64,000 bases of DNA from Verrucomicrobiia bacterium (GCA_049280815.1 JBAPQW010000087.1:2522-66521); one strand, 5' to 3'; positions 19,383-27,716 are shown, counted from the first letter of the stretch. Numbers and translations are program-made. Notes: generated from the letters alone by a model not told the origin.

Positions 19383-19403
19383 TTTTGATTTACGATATGG
19401 GAT

Positions 19404-20288
19404 TTACGATTGACGCGACTCCGTGGCAGCAGATGCCTCGTCTGCCGTAGAGCTCGGCGTCCCGCCAGACGGACTAATCGCCGGACCTTCCGGGCTGGCA
19501 GACAATCCGGGCGCATTTCCGGGCGGCAGGATGCCGCCCTCCACGGCTGGCGGGACGCCTGCCGCTACAGCGCGGGAGATTTCGATTTCGGCAAAAGGCT
19601 CTGCCTGGGCGCAGACGAGCTGGCGCAGGCGGATCAATTCCAGCAGCGCCAGAAACGTGCAGATGACTTCGGTGCGGCTGGCGGCGCCCGCGAACAACTC
19701 GACAAAGCGCACGCTGTCGCGCCCGGCCATCATTTTGAGGATGAAGTCGATTTTCTCGCTGACCGTCCATTTGTCCTCGAAAATGTCGCCCAGGTTCTCG
19801 CGCTTGTTGAAGCGCTGCAGCACGCCGCTGACGGCGTTGAGGAGGTCAAAGATGGAGACATCCGGCTTGGGCGGCGGAGTGGCTGTCTCAAATTCCAATT
19901 TGCCCGGCACCCGCGGGAAGATGTTTTCCTGTTCGGCTTCGAGCGCCTGCAGGCGCGCGGCGGCGTCCTTGAATTTCTTGTATTCCACCAGCTGCCGGAT
20001 CAATTCCCAGCGCGGATCCTCGCCTTCCTCCTCGCCTTCAACCTGCACCTGCTGATCCACCGGCAGCAGTTCGCGGCTTTTGATGTACATGAGCGTCGAG
20101 GCCATGACGAGAAATTCGCCGGCAATCTCCAGGTCGAACTGACGCATGAGGTCGATATACTCGATGAACTGCGTGGCGAGTTTGGTGAGGTTGACTTCGT
20201 AAATGTCCACCTCCTCCTTCTTGATGAGATAAAGGAGCAAATCGAGCGGGCCTTCGAAGACCTCGAACTGGACTTTGTATTCCGCCAT
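19404..20288 (-). CDS. scpA: Segregation and condensation protein A (kleisin)
   Basis: Start taken at ATG 20288: MAEYKVQFEVFEGPLDLLLYLIKKEEVDIYEVNL (canonical ScpA). The ORF-track start at 20474 adds 62 non-homologous residues. The roughly 60-aa low-complexity C-terminal tail overlaps a palindromic element. Confidence 0.9.
   Translation of the reverse strand: MAEYKVQFEVFEGPLDLLLYLIKKEEVDIYEVNLTKLATQFIEYIDLMRQFDLEIAGEFLVMASTLMYIKSRELLPVDQQVQVEGEEEGEDPRWELIRQLVEYKKFKDAAARLQALEAEQENIFPRVPGKLEFETATPPPKPDVSIFDLLNAVSGVLQRFNKRENLGDIFEDKWTVSEKIDFILKMMAGRDSVRFVELFAGAASRTEVICTFLALLELIRLRQLVCAQAEPFAEIEISRAVAAGVPPAVEGGILPPGNAPGLSASPEGPAISPSGGTPSSTADEASAATESRQS
19447..19568. repeat. Long (about 120 bp) variant of the palindromic element forming the scpA C-terminal tail
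   Basis: Read on the minus strand: GTAGCGGCAGGCGTCCCGCC...GGCGGGACGCCGAGCTCTAC. The arms are inverted copies matching over GGCGGGACGCC. It encodes AVAAGVPPAVEGG..., which resembles the AVAAPRQSAAS peptide of the purL copy. Confidence 0.5.
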
Positions 20289-20731
20289 GAACCAAAAAAT
20301 TCTAAAACGGGTGCCAGCGGTTTGCAATGGCGGAACGCAAATGAAAGGCTGGTCATGGCGCCCCGCCTTTTGGTAAACGCCACCTAACGCTGCATTGCGA
20401 GTTGCCCATGGCCCACGACGCCATAACCATCGATTACCCCAAAAATCACGAGCCCGCCATTCCCCTGCTGGCAACTCCTTTGTATCAAAAGTGGAGACCG
20501 GTCCATGACCGGGCGCAAACGCCCCTTGCTGACGTAGTCAGATCCTATGCACAAAGGGTCAAAAAACTCGATCATGCAAAGGGAGTTGCATCGTTGATAT
20601 TAATGCAATTCTGCAAATGTCCAAATAATGGACACAGCCGTGAGACAAAGCTTCTTGACTTATGGCCGGAATAATTGCAAAACAGTGGAAAATCCAGAAC
20701 GATGGGTGAAGAAATTGGGAGTTAGGAGTTT

Positions 20732-20917
20732 ATGAGTCGAATAACTGGTCAGGTTTGTAATGTTTCCGGAGTATACCGTGCGGTTGGTAACTGTGGTCAT
20801 TCCGTTGAGCGGGCTATTCCCGAAGGACAAGTGTTTCCACCCTGTGAATATTGCCGGGAACGGGGTGATCGCAAAGACATCACCTGGGTCTTGGTGGTGG
20901 AAACTCAAGCCATGTAG
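20732..20917 (+). CDS. Small Cys-rich (zinc-ribbon-like) protein
   Basis: 61 aa with C-x12-C...C-x2-C (CNVSGVYRAVGNCGH...FPPCEYC). GGAG-type RBS (gggagttaggagtttATG). Low-GC surroundings. Confidence 0.45.
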   Translation: MSRITGQVCNVSGVYRAVGNCGHSVERAIPEGQVFPPCEYCRERGDRKDITWVLVVETQAM

Positions 20918-21186
20918 TCGCCCACCCAGATTTCCGACCAACCCGCCCAGGGCGTTGGCCGGTCTTCAACAAAGCGCCGCTGACGTTCGGCCATCTTCAC
21001 CAATCGGGTTGCGTTCATGGCCAGGCAGAGAGTCTGAAATCGTTGTCCTGTTTTGAGTCGCTGCCGGAACATTTGCCATTCAACTCCGAGAGCGAAGGCC
21101 ACTTCTGAGCTGACTCCATTTAACGAACTTCCGTCCGTATTAAACGGTTCAACCAAGTCAAAATCACCTTCGTCCATTTCCTTCAT
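20905..21186 (-). CDS. Hypothetical protein
   Basis: 93-aa ORF convergent with the zinc-ribbon ORF. Balanced amino-acid composition. No recognisable motif. Confidence 0.35.
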   Translation of the reverse strand: MKEMDEGDFDLVEPFNTDGSSLNGVSSEVAFALGVEWQMFRQRLKTGQRFQTLCLAMNATRLVKMAERQRRFVEDRPTPWAGWSEIWVGDYMA

Positions 21187-21397
21187 TCGCCCGGCTAAAA
21201 AGCAAGAACCGTGCTAAGGCTGGCTGGAACGGTCTTTTATTAGGTGACTTTTCAAATCATGCCCATTATGGGATATTGCCTGATTTTAACCTGGTGCGCG
21301 CAAGGCCGCTCCAAATCGGGGACTACTCACACAACGCGGTAATTTCCTGATCCGAGCAGGTGGAAAGCGGAGCCATGCTCAGTGCTCTGGCAAATTA

Positions 21398-21422
21398 GGG
21401 GGATTATATACTTGACTCACCA
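21398..21422. repeat. Left terminal inverted repeat of the IS1595-type element
   Basis: GGGGGATTATATACTTGACTCACCA, the reverse complement of 23492-23516 with one mismatch. Confidence 0.8.
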
Positions 21423-21446
21423 TAGGCTTTATGCGATATTTGGGGC

Positions 21447-22415
21447 ATGAAGAACGACAACGAGTTTCCCGAGACGCTGGCAAGCGCGATTAAATACTTC
21501 TCTGACGCCGACAAGGCGTTGCAGTTCATGGTTTCGATTCGCTGGCCTGACGGCAATGTGGTTTGCCCTTGCTGCCAGAAGTCCAACGTCGCCTTCCTTG
21601 AGACGCGCAAAATTTGGAAGTGCCGGGACACCAAGAAACAATTCTCCGTCAAGGTCGGCACCATTTTCGAGGACAGTCCCCTTGGTCTGGACAAATGGCT
21701 TCCCGCTTTCTGGATGATTGTAAACGCCAAAAATGGAATCAGTTCGTGTGAACTTGGCCGCGCCTTGGGTGTCACCCAAAAGACCGCATGGTTCATGCTT
21801 CACCGTATCCGGCTGGCGATGCAGAACGGCAGCATGGACAAACTTTCCGGCGAAGTGGAAGCGGACGAAACCTATATCGGCGGCAAGGCTCGCAGCATGA
21901 ACAATGCACAGCGCAGCAAGCGCGGTCGCGGAACTGGCGGTACTGGCAAAGAAATTGTCATGGGACTTTTGCAGCGGGGCGGAAAAATCAAATTGAAGCA
22001 CGTTGCAAAAGCTCGTCGCAATATCCTTCAAGCCGAAATTCGCCAGCAAGTTGAAACTGGCTCGCAGGTGTTCACCGATGCGCTTCCCTCGTACAATGGT
22101 TTGAGTCAGGATTACGTCCATGCAGCGATTGACCACGCGAAGGAATATGTTCGCGGCAATGTCCACACCAACGGGCTTGAAAACTTCTGGAGCCTGCTCA
22201 AGCGCGGGATTCGCGGGACATATATCAGCGTTGAACCTTTTCATTTGTTTCGTTACCTCGACGAACAGGCTTTCCGTTTCAACGAGCGCGAGAACACTGA
22301 TTCCGGCAGATTCCTGAAAGGCATCATCGGCATCATCGGTCGTAGGCTCCAGTACGCCAAACTCATTGGCGAACAAAGCAGATTTGCGACGTCAGGGGCG
22401 TGGCAAGCGGCGTAA
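21447..22415 (+). CDS. IS1595-family DDE transposase
   Basis: N-terminal transposase zinc-ribbon (RWPDGNVVCPCC...WKC). HTH (SSCELGRALGVTQKTAWFMLHRIR). DDE region strings EADETYIGG, VFTDALPSYNGL and HTNGLENFWSLLKRG. Confidence 0.92.
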   Translation: MKNDNEFPETLASAIKYFSDADKALQFMVSIRWPDGNVVCPCCQKSNVAFLETRKIWKCRDTKKQFSVKVGTIFEDSPLGLDKWLPAFWMIVNAKNGISSCELGRALGVTQKTAWFMLHRIRLAMQNGSMDKLSGEVEADETYIGGKARSMNNAQRSKRGRGTGGTGKEIVMGLLQRGGKIKLKHVAKARRNILQAEIRQQVETGSQVFTDALPSYNGLSQDYVHAAIDHAKEYVRGNVHTNGLENFWSLLKRGIRGTYISVEPFHLFRYLDEQAFRFNERENTDSGRFLKGIIGIIGRRLQYAKLIGEQSRFATSGAWQAA

Positions 22416-22416
22416 A

Positions 22417-22566
22417 TCATAGGCTGCGGCGCTTTGCTTTTCTGGCCTTTTGGTATTGTTGTTCCCGCCGATCAATTTCGGCTTTCGGGACTGATACTAT
22501 TTCCTTCGTGAATTGATGGAATTTTTCAAATGGAGTTGCTCTTTCTGGACTCGACTCTTTTTTCAT
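22417..22566 (-). CDS. Small basic protein (49 aa), passenger ORF inside the IS
   Basis: MKKESSPERATPFEKFHQFTKEIVSVPKAEIDRREQQYQKARKAKRRSL. It starts 13 nt after the stop of the upstream Rx4H-protein ORF, and its stop abuts the transposase stop. The upstream part of the 120-aa ORF-track frame overlaps the preceding gene and is discounted. Confidence 0.4.
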   Translation of the reverse strand: MKKESSPERATPFEKFHQFTKEIVSVPKAEIDRREQQYQKARKAKRRSL

Positions 22567-22579
22567 CGTATGGTGATTT

Positions 22580-23428
22580 CTAAGGTTTCTTGGCGACTTG
22601 GGCCAGAGCAGCAGATAAACCGGGCTGTGCGGGTTGTGAGGGATTGGCCTGTGACATAGCCAACACCATTTGGACAATTGCACTGCAAGCAGCACCCAGC
22701 AAAACCACAGCATCATCGGATGAAAGCATTTCCTCTGGGTGAAGAATTGGATTGCGATATTCTTCTCGAATATGTTCAAGAAATGCGGTTATTTTTTTAT
22801 CAGCACCCGCCGTGTTCAGATTTAAGATATAGCTACCCCAGTTCCGCAGCTTGGCCTTCGGCGGGTGGCCGATGACAAACGTATAGTAAGCACGGATTAC
22901 CGATTCTGTGCCCCTAAGGATGTGAAATGCGGCCGCAGTCGGAATATCAAAGGCGATGCATTTCCCAGCTTGTCGGATGTCAGCAATACATTGCCTCGGG
23001 AGGGCCTTCCGAACCATTTCCGGGAAAAGATTTTCCGGGCGCTCAATTAAGTCTGTTGTCGAGTAAATCAATTTTTGAGACACAAAATAACTTGCGAGGG
23101 TCTGAAGTTCGGCGGAAAACACCGTCTCAAATTCAGTTAGGCTATTCGTAATATTATAAGCCTCCAAAAAGCTTATGGTTTTATTGAAATCTAACTCTTT
23201 CCCTTCGGACGGTTCTGTAACTGCATTTATGGCATTGAGAAGTTTCCAGGCGGTGGGCCTGCAAACAATCATTGGAATTAACCCGTCGTTACAAACTGTC
23301 TCTAGCCAATCTTTGGCCATAAAAAGTTTGTAATACACGTTTTTTAGAACGTCCTTTTCTTGAACGCTCTGGAGCGGATGAAGCACCGTCCCCAAACTGT
23401 AAAATTGATAAAGATTTACTGTTTTCAT
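22580..23428 (-). CDS. HEPN-like (Rx4H motif) protein, passenger gene inside the IS
   Basis: Start taken at ATG 23428 (MKTVNLYQF...), because the ORF-track start at 23518 lies beyond the right terminal inverted repeat (IRR). The C-terminal helical region contains EHIREEYRNPILHPEE, that is R-N-x3-H, the HEPN RNase signature also seen in Abi_2/AbiD-F-type proteins. GC is low (23 G+C in the 60 nt at 23101-23160). Confidence 0.6.
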   Translation of the reverse strand: MKTVNLYQFYSLGTVLHPLQSVQEKDVLKNVYYKLFMAKDWLETVCNDGLIPMIVCRPTAWKLLNAINAVTEPSEGKELDFNKTISFLEAYNITNSLTEFETVFSAELQTLASYFVSQKLIYSTTDLIERPENLFPEMVRKALPRQCIADIRQAGKCIAFDIPTAAAFHILRGTESVIRAYYTFVIGHPPKAKLRNWGSYILNLNTAGADKKITAFLEHIREEYRNPILHPEEMLSSDDAVVLLGAACSAIVQMVLAMSQANPSQPAQPGLSAALAQVAKKP

Positions 23429-23491
23429 ATCCGTTTCCCCCACACTGACAAATAATGCCTTGGGGGGAATACATGGATAATCCACCGCCCT

Positions 23492-23516
23492 TGGTGAGTC
23501 AAGTGTATAATCCCCC
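23492..23516. repeat. Right terminal inverted repeat of the IS1595-type element
   Basis: TGGTGAGTCAAGTGTATAATCCCCC. Confidence 0.8.
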
Positions 23517-23588
23517 AAATTAGGGCACTACCCGCCACGCGGCGAACTTGACGGATGCGCGCAATCGACATAGCCTGTTTACCCGGCT

Positions 23589-23664
23589 GGTGGTCGTAGC
23601 TCAACGGTAGAGTCCAAGCTTGTGGAGCTTGTTGTTGCGGGTTCGAATCCCGTCGGCCACCCCA
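23589..23664 (+). tRNA. tRNA-His (anticodon GTG) with encoded G-1 and CCA
   Basis: Manual fold. G-1 is present. Acceptor GTGGTCG pairs with CGGCCAC. D-arm GCTC-AACGGTA-GAGT. Anticodon stem CAAGC/GCTTG with loop TTGTGGA (GTG). Variable loop TTGTT. T-arm GCGGG-TTCGAAT-CCCGT. Discriminator C, then CCA. Confidence 0.93.
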
Positions 23665-23906
23665 CCCTTCGCTTGCTGCGTCGCGAACGTGGGATTGAAC
23701 CCGTGCCTTTGGCCGGGCCCGGTTCCAAGCGGCGTTGCATTCGTTTCGGCCGGATGCATCAATGATAGCGCCGGCGGGATGGAACATTGAACGCTTCCCT
23801 CAACTCGCGTTAGGGTTAGACCCCATGGCGAAAAATCACCCAGCCGGGTAGCTTCCCCCAATTGGCAGTTTAACCGCAGACGAACACGCAACAAAATCAA
23901 AACATT

Positions 23907-24353
23907 ATGAATAATAAAATTTGGGCCATCGCTTTCCTCTTCACCGCCGCCTTTGCGGCGGGATGTGACAAGCCGCCGACCGCGTCGCAGCAGCTGGATA
24001 CGGTCAAGACCGAAACCAAACAAGCCGCGCAGGACATGAAGGACTATACCTTCGCGCAAAAAGCTGAATTTGTCGCAGCCATGCAGATTCAGTTGGACAA
24101 TCTCAATCATGATCTGGACCAGCTCTCTGCCAAGATCGACGGCTCCAGCGACGCGGTCAAGGCCGAGGCCAAACCCAAGCTTCAAGCGTTGCGCGACCAG
24201 GCGGCCCAGTTGAACAGGCAGTTGGATGGGGCCAGGAACGCCACCGATTCCACCTGGGATAATGTCAAGGGCGGCTTCCAGAAGGCTTACGAATCGACGA
24301 AGGACGGGTTCAACTCAGCGCGTCAGTGGGTAAGCGACAAAATCGCACCTTGA
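23907..24353 (+). CDS. Lipoprotein of unknown function (coiled-coil-like)
   Basis: Signal peptide with lipobox (IAFLFTAAFAAGC). The mature part is Q/A/K/D-rich and helical. Confidence 0.7.
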   Translation: MNNKIWAIAFLFTAAFAAGCDKPPTASQQLDTVKTETKQAAQDMKDYTFAQKAEFVAAMQIQLDNLNHDLDQLSAKIDGSSDAVKAEAKPKLQALRDQAAQLNRQLDGARNATDSTWDNVKGGFQKAYESTKDGFNSARQWVSDKIAP

Positions 24354-24387
24354 GACGAAAGTCATTCACATCAGATCAGTCAAATTT

Positions 24388-24410
24388 TAAAAAGACCGAA
24401 CGGTCTATTT
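24388..24410. terminator. Candidate bidirectional terminator hairpin between convergent genes
   Basis: aaaaAGACC-gaac-GGTCTattt: a short 5-bp stem flanked by an A-run and a T-run. It overlaps the ACP stop codon. The stem is weak. Confidence 0.3.
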
Positions 24411-24677
24411 GGGCAGGGATTGGTGTTTTTGAACTGCCGCGGCAATCGTGTTGACGTCCTGCAATATACCTTTGGCGGCCTCGGGATCGGAAATCTTCAG
24501 CCCATAATTTTTGTCCAGGGCCACCACCAGTTGCAGGGCGTCAACGGAATCCAACCCCAGTCCGCCCGGACCAAACAACGGCAGATTGTCCGCAATTTCT
24601 TCCGCGGAAGTTTGGAGCATGAGGTTTTCCACCAGCAAGTGTTTAATTTGCGTTTTAAGGGCCGGGGTATTGTTCAT
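24405..24677 (-). CDS. Acyl carrier protein
   Basis: 90 aa. Phosphopantetheine attachment motif GLGLDSVDALQLV. Last gene of the coupled operon. Confidence 0.9.
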   Translation of the reverse strand: MNNTPALKTQIKHLLVENLMLQTSAEEIADNLPLFGPGGLGLDSVDALQLVVALDKNYGLKISDPEAAKGILQDVNTIAAAVQKHQSLPK

Positions 24678-25405
24678 TAGAATATGCCACCGTCAATTTT
24701 GAGGGTTGAACCTGTGATGTAGCTGGCTTCGGCGCAAGCCAAAAATCGGACGGCGGCAGCGACTTCGTCAGGTCGGCCGAACCGTCGCATGGGAATCCGC
24801 TCCAGGGCTCTATTGCGTTCCGTCTCATCCATCGCCTGCGACCCGGTCTCCACATATCCCGGACATATGGCATTGACCGTGATGCCAATCCGGGCAACTT
24901 CCTTGGCCAGAGATTGGGACAGCGCCACCACCCCGGCTTTGGCGGCGGCATAGTTTGCCTGACCGGCAGGCGCCAGCAACGCGCTCAGCGAGGCGATATT
25001 GATGATGCGGCCGTTACGCTGGCCAATCATCGTGGGAAGAACCGCCTGACAACCGTGAAAGACCCCATCCAAATTAAGGGCCAGAATTCTTTGCCACGAG
25101 TCCAAAGCCATGGTGGCCAGCAGGGCATCCTCGTGACACCCGGCATTGTTCACGAGCACATCCAACCGCTGGTGGTGGACCAGAATCTCGGCCACGGCCG
25201 CCTTCCATGAGTCAGGCCGGGTGACATCCATGGCAATTGTGCGGCAGCGGTCCGGACTTTCCGCAACAAGTTTTTCGGCCTGATCAAGGCGCTCGTGGAT
25301 ACCCAACCAGATTTTATTTTCCGCGGATTCATGGAGAAATGACCGGGCAATGGCCTGCCCCAAACCGCCGTTGGCGCCCGTGATCAAGATAACGCGCGGA
25401 TTCAT
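24677..25405 (-). CDS. 3-oxoacyl-ACP reductase (SDR, FabG-like)
   Basis: TGANGGLGQAI (TGxxxGxG), VLVNNAG, and the Ser...YAAAK catalytic pattern. Its start overlaps the upstream stop by 4 nt. Confidence 0.9.
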   Translation of the reverse strand: MNPRVILITGANGGLGQAIARSFLHESAENKIWLGIHERLDQAEKLVAESPDRCRTIAMDVTRPDSWKAAVAEILVHHQRLDVLVNNAGCHEDALLATMALDSWQRILALNLDGVFHGCQAVLPTMIGQRNGRIINIASLSALLAPAGQANYAAAKAGVVALSQSLAKEVARIGITVNAICPGYVETGSQAMDETERNRALERIPMRRFGRPDEVAAAVRFLACAEASYITGSTLKIDGGIF

Positions 25406-26478
25406 CGCGCAAGCCTGCCCGCCGTTGTCGGCAATGACAAATCTGAAATGGCCCGGTCGCCATGGTTAAATCGAACCCCAATGGCCTGTTGGTTTGCCCC
25501 CACCAGGCTGACATTGGCGGCACTGAATCTTCGGCTGGCGATCCCATCGCACGCGGCCACGCATTGCCAGGCTGCCGCAGCCATCAAGCCTTCGCCCAAT
25601 ACCAGCTTAGGACTGAGGCGTGGCCCGCTCCAATCAGCCCAGGCATTGGATTCAGCCGCATCGGCACGCGGACTATCATTCCGACCATCACACAAGATTT
25701 CTGTCTGGTCTTGCGCCGGCATCTGTGCCCGCATTTTCTGCGCGGCCAGCTTTCGACTCGTCTGTGCGGTGTAAGCGTGTGCGTCGGTGATCAATTCGAG
25801 CCCGGCTCCCAACGACCATTCCGGATTCAGGCTCAAGCAGAGCGCGGCGGCGCCGCTGCTGAGGACGGTGCGGCGGTCAAAATGCCGGAGGGCGTCGGCA
25901 GACAACCAGTGAACTTCCTCCGCGCCGATCGCGAGGCAGGCATCCACCCGCCCCTCGTGCAACCAGTCAATTCCGAGGGCCAGTCCTTGCGCATAGGCGG
26001 ACGCGTCTCCGGTCAGGGTGCAGACCAGCGGGGTATTATCCAACAGGGCGGCCACATGGCAGGCCGGCGCGGCAAAAACGGTCTCGGGAAACAGCAGTGG
26101 ACTGGCGGTGGCGGCGTTCTTTAACGTCTCCTCGAAAAATCGGGAGGAAAATTGCACGCAGCCGGTTTGCAGACAGACAATAATTCCAATTCGGGGATGC
26201 GCTCCACCGCCGGGCCGGACCTTGCTTGCGGCCTCCAGCGCTGCCGCGGCCGCATGCTGTGTCAATGGACTGGTGCGCCGCATATGGGGATGGGTCAGAA
26301 AGGGTGGCCGGACTGACGGGTTGGGCACGGGTCGCAGGTTCAATGGTTTTTGCCAGCCCGGACGCATCAGCGGCTGGATCGGCAGAGCCGCTTTTTTTTC
26401 CAAGGCAGCGCGAAGAGCTTCCACACCCCAACCCGCCGGGCTGACGCTGCCCAGGCCGCAGACGAATACCCGACTCAT
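25402..26478 (-). CDS. Beta-ketoacyl-synthase-like protein lacking the active-site Cys (CLF-like partner)
   Basis: Thiolase-fold-like N-terminus (MSRVFVCGLGSVSPAGWG). The position of the KS 'ACxSG' motif reads TLTGDASAYA (Cys replaced). No HGTGT or GH His motifs. It overlaps the upstream KS by 4 nt. Confidence 0.8.
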   Translation of the reverse strand: MSRVFVCGLGSVSPAGWGVEALRAALEKKAALPIQPLMRPGWQKPLNLRPVPNPSVRPPFLTHPHMRRTSPLTQHAAAAALEAASKVRPGGGAHPRIGIIVCLQTGCVQFSSRFFEETLKNAATASPLLFPETVFAAPACHVAALLDNTPLVCTLTGDASAYAQGLALGIDWLHEGRVDACLAIGAEEVHWLSADALRHFDRRTVLSSGAAALCLSLNPEWSLGAGLELITDAHAYTAQTSRKLAAQKMRAQMPAQDQTEILCDGRNDSPRADAAESNAWADWSGPRLSPKLVLGEGLMAAAAWQCVAACDGIASRRFSAANVSLVGANQQAIGVRFNHGDRAISDLSLPTTAGRLAR

Positions 26479-27716
26479 GACCCCCTCCGCATGATCAGGG
26501 TGGCATTGACGCCACCAAACCCAAACGAATTTGAAAGCGCCACCTTGACGGATGCCTCTTCCGGCCGGGCGACAATGCGAAAAGCGCAGGCCGGGTCGGG
26601 GGTCTCAAAGGCCAGTTCCGGTGGCAGCCATTGCTCGCGCAAACACATGAGGCAAACCACGGCCTCCACCGAACCAGCCCCGCCCAGAAGATGTCCGATG
26701 CCAGCTTTCGTTGAACTGACCGGCAGAGTGCCTGCACGGCTGCCTGCCCAGCGGCTGATGGCTTTTGCCTCGGCTTGGTCATTCAACGGGGTTCCGGTGC
26801 CGTGGGCGTTGATGTAATCAACATCTTCAGCCGTGACCTGCGCGCCCGTGCAGGCCGATTGCATCGCCTGGTATGCCGCGTCTCCTTCCGGATGCGGTTG
26901 AGTAAGATGGTGGCGGTCCATGCTGGTGCCATAGCCAATGATTTCCCCCAAAATGTCGGCGCCCCGATTCCGTGCTGATTCAAAGGTTTCGAGGGTCAAC
27001 ACCGCCGCGCCTTCGCCCATGGCCAAGCCATCGCGATGCGCGTCAAACGGCCGGCAACTCGTGGGCGACAACGTTTGCAGCGAATCAAAGCCGGAAAACA
27101 CCATCTGGCTGAGGGCGTCATAACCGCCGGTCAAAACCCGGTCGGCTTGTCCGCGCCGGATCATTTCCCAGGCCTCACCGATGGCGCTGGTCCCGGAGGC
27201 ACAGGCGTTGGAGAGGATCGTGATCGGCCCGGCGAAACCCAGGGCGTCCAACAGCATCCGTGCCTGGAAGTGCGACTGATAATGCAAAACCCGCGTGGGC
27301 TGTCCTTTGTGGTGATGGGGCAAACTGACGGCCTGGCGAAAGTAATCCTCCCCAACCGTCATGCCGCCGGCCGTGGTGCCCAAAACAACCGGCAAATGAT
27401 TGGACGTTTCCCAACCGGACTGCTGCCAGGCTTCGTGGGCCGCCAGCAACAACATGATGCTGGCCCGGTCCAACCGTTTGTTTTGGCGCTCCGTCAATCG
27501 CGTTGCCGGCAGCATGGCGGGCAACTCCACCACCGCCGCGGTTTTGACCCGTTGCTGGCTGACATCGAAGTGGGTGACGGGACGGAAACCTGTCTTCCCC
27601 GCGCGAAACGCTGCGGCGTTCTGTTTCCATCCCTGCCCCAGCGACGTCACGATCCCGGCGCCGGTGACCACCACGCGCGGTTTGGTCGAAGGGAAGGAGT
27701 TTTTGGGAAAAAGCAT
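26475..27716 (-). CDS. Beta-ketoacyl-ACP synthase (FabF/KAS II-like)
   Basis: Catalytic triad motifs SNACASGTSAIGEA (Cys), INAHGTGTPLND (His) and SSTKAGIGHLLGGAG (His). Confidence 0.92.
   Translation of the reverse strand: MLFPKNSFPSTKPRVVVTGAGIVTSLGQGWKQNAAAFRAGKTGFRPVTHFDVSQQRVKTAAVVELPAMLPATRLTERQNKRLDRASIMLLLAAHEAWQQSGWETSNHLPVVLGTTAGGMTVGEDYFRQAVSLPHHHKGQPTRVLHYQSHFQARMLLDALGFAGPITILSNACASGTSAIGEAWEMIRRGQADRVLTGGYDALSQMVFSGFDSLQTLSPTSCRPFDAHRDGLAMGEGAAVLTLETFESARNRGADILGEIIGYGTSMDRHHLTQPHPEGDAAYQAMQSACTGAQVTAEDVDYINAHGTGTPLNDQAEAKAISRWAGSRAGTLPVSSTKAGIGHLLGGAGSVEAVVCLMCLREQWLPPELAFETPDPACAFRIVARPEEASVKVALSNSFGFGGVNATLIMRRGS

Larger units (their letters stand above)
21398..23516 (+). mobile_element. 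IS1595-family element carrying passenger genes (about 2.1 kb)
   Basis: Terminal inverted repeats GGGGGATTATATACTTGACTCACCA (21398-21422) and TGGTGAGTCAAGTGTATAATCCCCC (23492-23516) match at 24 of 25 positions. AAATTA directly flanks both ends (gcAAATTA|GGGGG... and ...CCCCC|AAATTAggg), which looks like a target-site duplication. It encloses an IS1595-type transposase plus two opposite-strand ORFs. Confidence 0.8.

Noticed and set aside
20402-20674. 90-aa ORF in the scpA upstream gap.
   Set aside because: No RBS, no motif, and it runs across a GC transition. I left the region unannotated and flagged the gap for an ncRNA search.
23517-23664. tRNA-His as the attachment site of an integrated island.
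   Set aside because: No direct repeat of the tRNA 3' end was seen in 20.3-23.6 kb, and there is no integrase. The IS insertion alone explains the mobile signature.
23601-24185. 194-aa minus-strand ORF overlapping tRNA-His and the lipoprotein gene.
   Set aside because: It overlaps a confidently folded tRNA and a plus-strand gene that has a signal peptide and lipobox. It has no motifs of its own.
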